DNA of 64,000 bases, taken from assembly GCA_965113315.1 (NCBI GenBank), contig OZ220372.1. One strand, 5' to 3'. A program made the translations under genes and the position numbers. Positions 12,588 through 25,133 of the stretch are shown piece by piece. Source of the stretch: Podarcis vaucheri. Its lineage: Eukaryota. Each line of letters begins with the position of its first letter. Position 1 is the first letter of the stretch. The notes below the pieces were generated by a model, which saw only the letters and a list, made by a program, of their open reading frames with translations, made no database searches and was not told where the DNA came from.

Positions 12588-14616
12588 TATTTTCTCTTTT
12601 GCCTGTGTCCCCATTCTCACTGTTTAAATGGCCATTGGAGGGCCGTTTCACACATTACACAGCGGGAAACGCTGGCGCCCTTGACAGGGTACCACAGCCA
12701 ATCCCACAAATGATTTGTTAAACGTCATTTGCACTTTGTATTTGTGTGTGTGTGTGTGGAGTATAAACACAAAACATTTTAAAGATATGCATGAATTATA
12801 ATGTTTGAAGACTCCCTGTGAAATTTTGATTCTCATTTTAGATTTTCATATATGTAGGCTTTGTTTGTCTTATTAGGAGCACCTGTTTAATTCATATGAT
12901 TTCCTGATAAATGCATCAATAACTCGATTCCTCTATCCTTTCCATATTAACTATTGTATGTGTGTTGCTATGAGACCTTCTGGTCAAAGGGGGGCTGGTC
13001 TTCAACAAATACATACCTCATTTCCTTAAAGCAAATACTTGGTATAAATGTTTATGCAAAATATTGTTTATTAATGTAATTTTTTTAAGAGGACTTCAGC
13101 TAAGCGGAGAAGTTAATGAAAAATGTAGCTTGTGACATTGAACTCATTATTTGTAGAATATGTTTTTCTTTTGTGTGTATGTGTGGAGATTAATGTATGC
13201 TTAGAGCGGCAATCCTGGCTATATTTATTTTTACTGCTTTTGTATTTCTTCTGTGCAGCTTAGGAAAGCTTTCTTGTGTTTTCTAGTGTGAGCAAAACTT
13301 GCTTAGTAAGCTTCTTGGCTATATGGTTTTTTGAACCTATTTCTTTCTGGTCCCAGTTCAACACTCTGCCCATTATATATCATGACCTACAGTTTGAAGA
13401 CGAAAGAGGCTTGTACTTCTTTGTAGTGGTAGCACTGCTGCTCATGGGTGCAGCCAGGATACTGTCCATGTGGCTTCAGTGGCCAGGAGTGCTGAGAGCC
13501 TTGCCAATTACAGCTGGAAATGCTGATAATGTCTGCATCTGCAAGTGCATGTAAATATGCATGTGTGGCTCTGTGTGTGTATGGCTTAAGACCCAAGTAC
13601 TTGAAGGAAGAATGCCTTCCTCAGTGCCAGGAAACCAGTGATTTAAGATCTACAGGACAAGGCCCTTTGTGTGTTACTGCCACACAGGATGGGTTCTCCT
13701 AAATGGTGGTGTCCTATTGGAACTTCCTCCTTATTAAGTGTGTCAATTATTTTTATTGATTTTCCAAATTTCAACCTGGTTACGCAGAGTGGGATGGCGG
13801 TTTCACTTAGCGATATATCGCTGGTGAAACTGCCACTGCTTTTGAGTCCCTCTGCTAGCAGCACCTTTGGCCAATGTCATTCCTATTAATGAGAGGTTGA
13901 GATACAACTTATGTTCAAGTCCATTGTCTCTTTTTTTTAAGGAGGGGGAAGAATAAGCTCTAGTCTCCAACGACATCCATCGAAACAGCCGGGCTCCCCA
14001 CCCACACTGCTTTAAGTCTTCTTTTAAATATCAAAGTTAGAAGTGAGGATGGTTTGATTTATTATGTATCTCTTTAAATCTTGTATTTGGATAGGGTTGC
14101 CAAATCATAAACTTAAGAACTTCCATAATATAAAACATAGCAGAGAGACCCCCTCTCCTCCATCCACCACTACCAACACAGAATAAAATCTTCTCCTGAT
14201 TTCAAACCTCACTTCAATGCAGCTGGATAGTCTACAGTTCTAGTGTCCACATCTCCTTTACTTAATGTCAATTATGAGCCAATCATTAGGAGAACCTCTG
14301 CTTTTGATGGCAGTCAGGAGGGTTTGCATCATGGCGAAGGTGCTAGAGACTCAACACCGTCCACCCCTGTGCTGACCCATGTGGGAGCGAGTCATTGAGG
14401 TGACCGCAGGTCAGCCTCTCCCCTGTACCCTCAGAGGTTTCAGGGAATGATTTAAAGTTCTCCCCCCCTTCGTCTGAGCCTCTGTCCGACGTGAGAGAGC
14501 CACCACCATCGCACAGAACTGGAAACCGGAGCTCCCTCCTTATTGAGATCAGTCTGTCCCCCCCTTACGTGTCTTCAAACAGCAGCTGAAAACCTATTTG
14601 TCCCATCAGCTCTTCC

Positions 14617-14936
14617 GTATACCTGAAGGAGTGTCTCCACCCCCATTGTTCTACCTGGACACTGAGGTCCAGCGCCGAGGGCCTTCTGACAGTTCCCTCA
14701 CTGCGAGAAGTGAGGTTACAGGGAACCAAGCAGAGGGCCTTCTCGGTAGTGGCACCCGCCCTGTGGAACGCCCTCCCATCAGATGTCAAAGAGAACAACT
14801 ACCAGACCTTTAGAAGACATCTGAAGGCAACCCTGTTTAGGGAAGCTTTTAATGTTTGATGGACTACTGCATTTTAATATTCTGTTGGAAGTTGCCCAGA
14901 GTGGCTGGGGAAACCCAGCCAGATGGGTGGGGTATA

Positions 14937-14985
<49 letters not shown>
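14617..14985 (+). mobile_element. L2-clade LINE 3' fragment with expanded (AAT)n tail
   Basis: RAFSVVAPALWNALPSDV-type coding end, 3' stem-loop CAGAGTGGCTGGGGAAACCCAGCCAGATGG, then (AAT)n. Confidence 0.88.
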
Positions 14986-15419
14986 TATTTATTTATTTTT
15001 TATTATTTGAACATAATAAGAGTAACATAATATGTATTTGTATTTCTACTTGTATTTTATAGAAAATCATTTCATATTGACCTGTCAGCTTTGCTTTACT
15101 GTTGGCCACCCTGTTCACTTCAAAGTGGAAGGGTTGGATATAAAATGCTGTTGTTGTTGTTGCCAGATTATTTAATGAAGAACAAAAGTAAATGTAGTGG
15201 TAAAATATCAGAGAACGGCCAGGCAGCAATTTATAAAGCTTCTCAATGGTTTTAGATCTGGAGGACTGAAACAGTCATTCTGAACTCCATGCTGTATTTT
15301 CTCCTGCTGTGCTTCTCTCATATTGATGACTTAGCCAGTGCTAGTAATCTGCTAAGTATGGATCCTACAGTTAAATTGTCAGTGGAAACATAGCAGGCAT
15401 TTTTGGCAGGTAAGACGGC

Positions 15420-15595
15420 AAAGCCAGTGAAGGCCAGTGTGGTGGTCAGGGAGGTGAATTTGTCAGCTTGGGCCAGTCACAATCTTTCAGCCTAACCCAT
15501 TGCATCTCACAAGGTTGTGGGGAGGATAAAGTGGGGAGGGGAGAGCCACGTGCACCACTTTGAAGGAAAGGAGGCATATAAATGTAATAAAAAAG
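15420..15595 (+). mobile_element. MIR/CORE-like SINE
   Basis: Core motif CTTGGGCCAGTCAC...CTCACAAGGTTGTG..GAGGATAAA. Similar degenerate copies near 3120, 17480 (-), 42600, 61750 and 62800. Confidence 0.6.
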
Positions 15596-17945
15596 GACGC
15601 AGGAATTTGTCCTGGTACTGCTGTACTGCCTGCTGCCCACAAGCTTGAAAAATCCCCCCGCCCCCCTCACCACAGATGGTGAAACATTCTGGTCTGCAAA
15701 CACAGCAAGCTGTCACCTGCTTGCATTTTTGTCATAGTTTTTGGATTGTTAATTGCACAGACTGCTTGCTGGGAGAGATGTATGGGCTTGCTCCTTAACT
15801 GATATTTGTTCCTCTTTCAGTGCAGTTTGGACAAGAGTCTGTGGGTCTTCCTTGCTCTTGCCGTCAGCGTCAACACCTATCTGCGTTAGAGGAACTATTT
15901 TTATGATGGGAGCACAGGAAGCTGCCAGAATTGTCTTTATGTCAGGCAATGGCTCTCCAGAGTCATATGTAGAGATGAGCAAGGCTGAACCTGGAATTGG
16001 AAGCAGCCTGGGCTGTGCTGCAGAGCTGCTACCCTTTTCTAAGAGACTCCTGGGCTCTGCTTCATGGCAGAGGCTTCTTGGGCATAGATTATTGTGGTCA
16101 ACGCACACAAAATGCTGGCTGGCTTAGTCTGCTTCATTTCCCTGTGTGCATGGAGTGGGCACCCTAGAAAGCACAGAATCTTTTGGCTACATGATGCGGA
16201 GCAAGACTGGTATTTGTGCAGTGCTCTCAGGAAATCCATTTAGGTGACCCCCCCCCCTTAGAGGAACTCTCTTTGAGCATCTTTATCATTTATTGGAACT
16301 ATCAAACTAGTCAAAAGTTCAAGCAGTAAGTCATTATAAATTGTCTAAAAGTAATGGGATTCATGTGGCTTTTCTTTAATATCCACATTGGACCACAGTA
16401 AATAGAAACTACAGTCCTTGATGTTTCCTTTATTACTTGAAAATATTTCCTTTATAACTTAGAATATAATCCTCCCTCCCAATATTCTGCTATTTGTAGT
16501 CTTCCTGTTTTTTCTTTGTTTTTCCTTGCCTTTGAGAGTACAGACCTGGTTAGGGGAACAATTTGCTTACTACGTGAAAAGCTTGTTACTTCCTTAAGAA
16601 GAAAAACATACCTTGAATTGAAATAAGGAACGCTTTTCAACCATCTTCTGCTGCAACCACAAAATAATGAATTAAATGTGGCTTGACCTCAGCTAGACTG
16701 GAAGATGAAGTGATGTGATCTAATGGCTACTCAAAGGAGCTAAAGAGACATACAGAGCTAATTTAGGCCCTTTTATCTGACAGAGCCATTGCATCTCTCC
16801 TGACCTTTGGTGTTTAAAAATAATGCATCATGCCACTCCCATAGTTCCTGTCTGCAAAATATATTTGTGTGTTTGCTCGTCCTCTTTCCATGTCCTGCTT
16901 TGCTGTGTTCATGCTTGGTGCCTAATGGCTGATATGGTGGGGTAGCTCCACAATCCTAGATTTTTGTGGTCAGCGGGTGACCTTGGTGATTCCCTTAAGA
17001 GCATGATTGCTGCTGGCTCAGACCAAGGACATTTTGTTCATTGTTGTGTTTGTCACCATAATTCCTCTTAAGAATGCAACAGATCTCCCTTGTTCTTTGC
17101 AACACATGGCCTCTAAATGCCGAGGACCCACTTAGCTACCATGGCTTGATTTTCCTGAATTCACACCAAGCATGCAACTGTGTTCATGTTGGGATATGAT
17201 TCATGTTGAGATGTCTTTGGGATGTTCACCAAATACTTGCTTTATTCTTGGGCTTGCATGACATGTAAAAATCTGTGTTTGAAGCTCCTGTTTATTTCAA
17301 AAGGAGTTTAAGTACAAAGAGCTAGCCTTAATGATTCTTTGGCTCATAACCTTAGACTTCTTTCACACTGTACCCCAAGGATAGGCAAGCTGTATCCACT
17401 GGGCCACAGAAAGCTTTCTGTAGAATTTCAAAGCCTTGTACAAGCAGTCAAACCTCATGGCAAGAGAAATGTTGAGTGCATTTATCTCCCACCTTTTTCT
17501 CCAAGGAGCGCATGGTTCACGTGACTTCTCAGTTAATCCCTGCATTGACCCTGTGATGGAGGTTAAGAGGCTGTGACTGACTGACTCCAAGGTCACCCAG
17601 TGAACTTCATGATCTCCCAGGTCCTAGTCTGACACTCTAACCACTACACCCCACTGGCTTCCTAGAGCAGCTATATAAATTAAGTAGGTAAATAAATATG
17701 GGAAAGCAAAATGTCACTTAGAGAAGTATTTGAAATATTTTTCTTAAAGCTTGAATTTATAATGCATTGTTTTATTTGATGTTTTATTGTGTTGTAAACT
17801 ACTTTGAATTTTTTTTCTTTAAAATATAATGTGGAATAGAAATGAAATGACCAACAACAACAACAACAACAACAGCAACTTCCCTTGCGGGGGAGGGATT
17901 GGTGCCTAGACATTCTGTTGTGGTGACTGCAATCCAGGTTTAAGG

Positions 17946-18039
17946 TGCTATTTGGCAATTACAGTAGCATATATATCTGAGTTTCTAACAATTGCTATTT
18001 GGCAATTTACAGTAGCATATATATTGAGTTTCTAACAAT
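17946..18039. repeat. 47-bp tandem duplication
   Basis: TGCTATTTGGCAATT(T)ACAGTAGCATATATAT(C)TGAGTTTCTAACAAT occurs twice. Confidence 0.9.
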
Positions 18040-19517
18040 GCCCTGCTCTAACCTGAGTGTTCCATTGTATCATTGTTCCATTATGCTCACGAAACCTTGT
18101 GAGAGGTTTCTCTCGTAGGCAGTGGTGTGCCCAGTGTTTCCTGTTAGCTTCACAATGGAGTGAGAATTCTGAACCTCAATCTTCCCCATCCAAATCCCGT
18201 TGCATCTAGTCCTTGTTTCTCTTGACTCGGTGGATTGTGAGGTGAATGGGAATTGTAGGAACTAGGGTTGTAGCCTACTTCTCTCATCTTTATGTGCCAA
18301 AAAATCTGGCCTCCTACAACTACCATTACTGGATAGAGCCTGCAAGTCTAGGAATGCGCAAGCGTGACCTCATGCCTTTCTGAAGAGAATGATAGCAGCA
18401 GATTATTATCCATTTAAATGGATTCTGGAAAAAGGTTATATTCAGACAGTCTTTAAATGTATTTCTAGCCTTTTTCATGTGCATCCTTTTACAAGCAGCC
18501 ACACACAACTGTGTGCTTGGAATAGCTTTATTTGAAGGGAAGGAAGGCAAATCTAACTTGAGTTGTCTGTCAGATACTCTCACCCCTCAGATCCTTGTGC
18601 CAATGAGGACTGAAGTGCAGCTTTGGCCACCCATATCTTTTAGCAGACAGAGGGTTGTGTTCAGGCTAGCAGCACAATTCTATACATGTCTACTCAGAAG
18701 TAAGTCTATTGAGCTGGTTGTATTTTTATGTCATTGGAATGTCCTATAATTTAGATAATGAAGAATAGAACTTAAACAAAAATTACCCCCCTTTGTTTTT
18801 GCTTTAGCTTTTCAAGCAGCAGTGGAAGCCCTGGATTGCTCTGTTACTCACAGTTCCCCTTGACTCAGGATGTGAAAGCTCATGCTTTGACAATCCCACA
18901 GCAGCCACAGGTAAAGGCCCAGCCTGTGTGGAAACAGGAGATAGGTACACACAAGTTTGTTATGACAATGCTTTGCGTTTATACAGCATTTCATGTATGT
19001 TCAGCATATACCCATTTATCTCATGTCATCTTTACAACTCTGCAATGTGGATCAACACCATCTGCACTGGGGCCCAGAGAACATTGGCTTGCCTTCCTAA
19101 GGCTCCCTAGTGATGGCAGTTCTGAAGCAGAGGCTTGATCTGGATCTTTCCCACTTCATACTCTTAGGCATTGCATGTATATAGGCAGCCACAGGATACA
19201 ACCACAGTCCTGCTGTTTGCTTATCAGAAAAAACGTAGTCGTTGTTTTAGGTTCTAAAAGCTGGCATATTTCCACCATGAGATTACTATGCAGAGGAAGG
19301 AGTGGGAGTGTTTGTTTTTATTGTGGAAGAACCTTATCCAGCAACTGAGAATTTTCAAAGCCGCTTTTCCTTAACCAACCATTCCTTCATAACTTTGTTG
19401 TGCTTAAACTTAAAACATATTCCTTTTAACTTGGGTTCTGCAGAGATTTCAGTTTGGCTGAAAGTGGGAGTGATTCATGGCCTTTCTATATAGAAATGAG
19501 AAAATAAAGCTCTAGAA

Positions 19518-19763
19518 CTGGGGTAGGCAACCTAAGGCCCGGGGGCCGGATACGGCCCAATCGCCTTCTCAATCTGGCCCGCGGACGGTGCGGGAATCAG
19601 TGTGTTTTTACATGAGTAGAATGTGTCTTTTTATTTAAAATGCATCTCTGGGCTATTTGTGGGGCATAGGAATTTGTTCATCCCCCCCCCATATAGTCCG
19701 GCCCACCACATGGTCTGAGGGACGGTGGACGGGCCCATGGCTGAAAAAGGTTGCTGACCCCTG
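19518..19763. mobile_element. hAT-Charlie-type MITE
   Basis: Ends CTGGGGTAGGCAACCT / AGGTTGCTGACCCCTG; TSD CTCTAGAA/CTCTAGAC (NTCTAGAN target typical of Charlie elements). Confidence 0.9.
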
Positions 19764-20068
19764 CTCTAGACACTGGACAAACCCACAAAGTCTTATTTCC
19801 CAATAATTCTGAACTGTGGCAAAAAGTCAGTGGCAATGAAGGTACTCCTAATTAGTAAGAAGGAAGTTTGGCATAGTTCCAGCATGCAGCTCTTACAAAA
19901 TACTCTACAAAGCAGCATGCAACTATAACCAGAATGCTGTGGTCTGATGCAACTCTACAGTTCATATGTCAGTCTTGGATTAGTTACTTGTGTTTATCAT
20001 TCTGAAAGGAGTGCCTCTGTGTCTTGAAATAGTAACACGGGAAGCTTCCCTTAGGGCATACTCTAATG

Positions 20069-20204
20069 CAGGCATAGGCAAACTCGGCCCTCCAAATGTT
20101 TTGAGACTACGCTTCCCATCATCCCTGACCACTGGTTCTGTTAGCTAGGGATGATGGGAGTTGTAGTTCCAAAACATCTGGAGGGCCGAGTTTGCCTATG
20201 CCTG
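20069..20204. mobile_element. Palindromic hAT MITE
   Basis: TIR CAGGCATAGGCAAACTCGGCCCTCCA; perfect TSD CTCTAATG. Confidence 0.93.
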
Positions 20205-20435
20205 CTCTAATGCTTGATGTGGGCCTGATGCAGCCATCTTTATAGGATGTTTTGGATTCATGGTCCAATTTAATTTATGGTCCAATTGGATTCACTGCCA
20301 GCTTGGCTCAATCCATCTATTAAGTAAGATGTGGTTTTGCTCACTCTGTATAAACAAGATTGGTCAGTCGCAACTGCTGCATCATGTCAACAGCTATTTT
20401 TATAAAGGTCATGAGAATGGTGCCTTGGTCATGTG

Positions 20436-21742
20436 TAGGGCTGGACAATGTTGGGTTTTCAACGTGTATCACCAGCCAAACATCGTCGTTTGGGGATATA
20501 CTGCAATGTTGAAAAAAGCTGCATTGGCCCCAGCCGGCAAGATGCTGGGTGAAACTGCCACTGCTCTCATTGTGGGAGCTGAGGTGCTTTCACTCAGCAC
20601 CTTGCGAGCTGTGGCCAATACAGATGGCCCCAGGCTGCTGTTCAGCCGGGGGGCGGGGGGCGGAAAGGCTCCTGCCCCCAGCAGAGCCAGCCCTGAGTTC
20701 CTTGCCGCTTGTGTGGATCAGCAAGGACCTTGGGGCTCCTTGGCCAAGCTCCCTCTGCCTTCACTGGCATGGGGCGGGCGGGCAAGCAACCTTGCCCCCT
20801 TGCTCCTCACTCCCCAAAGATGAACGAAGTGGCAGTAGCCAAGCGCATGGAACCTGTCAGGCTCCAGGCATTGGACTGCCTTCGCCTTTGCCTGTGCGGG
20901 TGCATTGCCTGTGCCTGTGCGGGTGCATTGTCTCTTTCCTCTGGTGTTCACCCCAGGAAGAATGACGCCGTCCACCCTTCTGGGCGAAGTCCGCAAGGTG
21001 CAGGGTGCAAACGCCTTGCGGAGAGGGGCTGCTGGCGAGCGCTGGGCCCGTCAGCACCATCAAATAGCCCCTACACCGCCTGTCTGCCTTCCACTGGGAG
21101 GGTGGGCTCCGTCTTTCTGGGAGGAAAGGCACAGCTCACCCTCCCGGAGAAGGCAGCCGGGCAGGGTCAGGGCTCTCTCAGCTGGGAAGGGCGGACTTTG
21201 CGCTCCCCCGCTGAGCAACCCCAATTCTGCTCCTACTCGTGTGCAAGCGGAGCTGGGAATCTCTCAGCTGGGAAGTGGAGGCTTTGCGCTCCCCAGCTGA
21301 GCAGCCCTGATCCTACTTGTGTGCAAGCAGGAGCAGAGGCAGGGCTCTCTCCGCTGGGGAGGGGGAGCCCTTAAACAGAGCCCCCATCCTGCCGCTGGCT
21401 CGTGCAAGGAGGTGGCGGGTTTGGGGCTCCATAAAACTGCTTGGCTGAGGCGAGAGCAGCAGCACGCTCCTCAGCCAAGCCGTTTAAAGAAGCGGAGGGA
21501 GGAACAAGCTCTTCGATTCAGCTTGATTCTCCCTCTCCCGGGGCAGAGCGCCATCACCGTAACACTCAGCAGTATATTGCTGGTGAAACCACCGCCACTG
21601 GGTCCCTTTGCCTCCAGCTCCTGGCTAGTTGGTTTCTCCCTCAGCGCACTGGGCACTAGAGGCAGAGGGACTCAAGAGTGGTGACGGTTTCACTAGAGAT
21701 ACACCACTGAGTGAAGCTGTCATGGCCGTCAGCCCAGACCTA
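20436..21742. mobile_element. 1.3-kb GC/CpG-rich non-autonomous hAT-like element
   Basis: Ends TAGGGCTGGAC / GCCCAGACCTA; 8-bp TSD GTCATGTG/GTCACGTG; internal ~86-bp tandem units at 21173-21360. Confidence 0.78.
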
Positions 21743-21995
21743 GTCACGTGTGAAGTTGGAACATAGAAGCTCCCTGGGATAGTTCAAGTGAAATTCTTGC
21801 AAATTCAGTCAAAAAGTTACTATCTAAAGATTAAGTGGAATGCTAGACTAGGTACTCACTTTGTCTGATGCAGCAAGGAAAATATAAGTGTACTGTACTG
21901 CTTTAAAGAATAACAGTCCTGTTACTGAAGCCTTCTCTCTCAGTTTACCACCTGAATATAGATTTGCTTGCTCTGTTCCTATTCATTCCTTTGAA

Positions 21996-22068
21996 ACAAC
22001 AACAACAACAACAACAACAACAATTTTATTATCTATACCCTGCCCATTTGGCTGGGTTTCCCCAGCTA
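21996..22068 (-). mobile_element. Isolated L2 3' tail with (AAC)n microsatellite
   Basis: Reverse complement of the L2 3' stem-loop adjacent to an (AAC)n run. Confidence 0.75.
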
Positions 22069-22596
22069 TTTGAGTTCTTTCACTTGAAACAGACACTGAG
22101 ATCCTTTGCCTTTTCTACCTTTTGCAGGTAACGCAGCTATAATACAAAGTTCGGTTCAAGTCGATATCTCTTTACAGTTCATAGAGTCATTTCCTCTTGT
22201 TAAATTCACACCCTGAAACCACAAATTGAGTGCTACTGACTGTAGGATGATGGTACTCGATAGACTTATCCCTAAGGAATGACAAGATATGGTGGTTGCT
22301 TCAGTAGGTAGCACACTTCATTCTGACTCAGAATTAATCAGCCTGTGTTGTTAACAAGGCTGGAGCTCTGGGCACTGCCTTTATTTTTTGCCTGCCTACC
22401 TGTGGCAAACGGTGTGGATCTTCTATACACGACTAGTTTAGGGTTGTGAATGAGAGCTATTCAAACAACATTTTTCTGATGTTTTCTTACCTGATAATTT
22501 CCATTGTTTATACTTTGGAAATCTAGAGGAAGTTTAGCACTCATTTCCATGTTAACTGGGTTTTACTCCATTGTATTATTTCTTCTAGGATATGTA

Positions 22597-22843
22597 CCAT
22601 ATTGGTCCGAATATAAGCCGCACCCTCAAATAAGCTGCACCTTTAAAATTCAAGGGGGAAAAAGAAAAATGACAATACCTGACTACAGGTACTATTCCCC
22701 CGTGCTCTCGGGCTGCTTCCGGGGGGGGGGGGCAGGGAGCTGCGCTGCTTTGCCAGTGGCATCAGGTCACAAATATAAGCTGCAATTTAACTTTTCACGG
22801 TCGGAATTTGGGGGAAAAGTGGCTTATATTTGGGCCAGTACGG
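22597..22843. mobile_element. Tigger/pogo-like MITE
   Basis: TA-CCATATTGGTCCGAATATAAGCC ... GGCTTATATTTGGGCCAGTACGG-TA. Confidence 0.8.
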
Positions 22844-24619
22844 TAACAATTCTTACTTTCGTTTCTAGCATGACCCTGTTTACTTTAAACAGTCTATGTA
22901 AGAAAATGTGCTTACTCTCATTCCCCTCCCCCTTTACAGATAAAGGAATAGTACTGTTTTTATGTGTGCATTTCTTATCATAGAAGGGGCATCTACTGTA
23001 GTGTGATTTTGCTGTTGGAATCAGTATTTCTTTTCCATGAGCAAACGTTGCTTCGGTAAAAGTTGGTATCATTCCTTATATTATTTGGGACCAGCAGAAT
23101 TGGTTGGTAGCAACACCTTTCTTGAGAAACATGTGCATTTGTTCCAGATGGCTAAAGGCACAGCCAGAGCTTCCAGATTCATTAATTTTCATCCCATGCT
23201 ATTTAAAACATTTTTCCGGCAAGTATGCCTCATGGCCCAATTACAGGCTGTTCTACTCCTCCTCAGTCAGACACGAAAATTAAATGGTGCAACATCTGAG
23301 CTTGTAGACTAAATCTTTGGCCATTTTACTCCCCACCCCTGGGTCACAAACCTCTGTTGCTGCTATATAGTGCCTTCTTGTTCTTGTTGTTAAGTTGGTG
23401 GGTGGCATTGATACTACTTTAATATCATGTCCTGCTTTGAGTGACCTCTTCAAATTCTAGGATATATACAATAATACCATAATTCACCTTTTGATGCTAG
23501 ACTATTTCTAAGATCATGCCAAAGATATGCAGTTTTAAGAGTCTGCTTGCTTTCCCTGAGTGAGTTAAATATATGCTTAAATCTATCTTGCTAAAACCAG
23601 AAGGATTGTTGAAATGTTTCCTCATGTTTAGATCATTTGTGCCCAGTCCGTAGGCCAGCATTCTGACGAAGGTCATCCAAAGGAGAGTACGACTTGGAGC
23701 ACTACCCTGTTGCTGCATACCAAATCAGACCAAAGACGTTTAAAAACAATAAATGTAGTGGTTGCTCATTTTTCAGTCCTTGCTTTGGTCTCTTTGACTG
23801 CATTTGATCTTTGTATGGCTAGAAGGATAGAATTTGTAAACTTAAAGAAGGGGCATATTCTACTCCAGTCCGTCAAGTTTCTGTTCTGCCCACTAGATCT
23901 TTGCGTTCCTGTTAAAACCAAGCTAACCAACTCTCACCACTTTGCCTTGAATACCTTTAGCATTGGTATAGTAACACTTAGAATAACAGAATTGTAGAGT
24001 TGGAAGGGACCACAAGGGTAATGCAAAGCAGAAATCTTCTGTGAAATTAAGAGTCTTAGTATCCCTGTCCGAATGTCTCTGGCGCTTGCCTTTATCTGAA
24101 GCCATTTGGCCCCTCTTACTGGCTATCATGTCTTACTGTACACTCATTGCATAGTTCTACCCTGTTCTCATTTGGATGAGCAGAAAACATTTTCACTTTT
24201 GTTTCCTAGGGATGGTTCATTCTGAACTGGATGCTGCCCAGCTCCTGTCGGCTTTCCCTGGGGGTCCGTTTAAAAGCTGCTTGGCAACTTTTTGATTAGT
24301 ATGAAAGACGCCAGCAGTCTGCTTCCATTTCTGTCCAAGTAAACCCTGCCCGCCACTTTTAAAAACACGTCTGGCATGTCCCAAAACATTCTCCAGTGCC
24401 TACCAAATCTAAACTGCAAGTTACCATTATCTTCTTATTTAGTCTAGTACAAAACAGGCAAATCCAGGAATGCCAGGTAGTATGAAAAAGGTCAAGGGCT
24501 GGTTGCAAAGTGTTTAATTTTTGCCTTGTGGTATAATTACTTTCTAAACCAAATAGTACGGTTGCCTGGTGCAGATGATTCATTCATAATTACTTACTGT
24601 CTTCTCTGTACATACTTGC

Positions 24620-25133
24620 ATTTCATCTCTCTCTCTTATTCCTTCCCTCCGCCTGCAAACAAAAACAACCAAAAAAGCGAGATGAATGAGCAGAGGAACG
24701 TTTCAATAGGTCTTGCCCCTCTGAGGCAGTTGTGGAGACTGAAAGTCCCTGCACCCCCACACTGCCTAAGTCTCCTCTCCTCAGGGTCCCCCCCAAGCAA
24801 CCTGAGACTACACCGGCACGCCTGTCTTTGCTCTCTCTGCTTCATACCACTCCTAGTCCTGGGAGACCAGACAGGTGGGGAACTTGTCACAGGATTGGGG
24901 GGGGGCACCCTGGCTTCTTCACCAGCCTGATTCCTCTCTTCCTCTTCTGCCACAGAGTCTCCCTGCTCACTAAACCCTGTTACCTCTTCAGCTTCCAACA
25001 CCTTCTCCTCCAAGTCTTCCCTCTCTTCTCCCTGTGACCACTCATTCTTGTCCCACCACTTCTCTCTGGCCTCTGAGCCTTCTTCCTTTGGGCCTTCTGG
25101 TGCCTCCTGCCATTCTTCTGCGTCCAGCCAGTA
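24620..25133 (-). mobile_element. Probable Gypsy-type LTR fragment with purine-rich strand (source of the Glu-rich ORF 24636-25187)
   Basis: Strongly biased CT-rich + strand. The pseudo-ORF WLDAEEWQEAPE...SPRTR resembles squamate LTR repeats as I recall them. No intact TG..CA ends seen. Confidence 0.5.

Noticed and set aside
20260-21684. Cluster of long overlapping ORFs as a gene or promoter exon
   Set aside because: It lies largely within a TSD-bounded GC-rich transposon. There is no recognisable protein, and stop codons are rare at this GC content.
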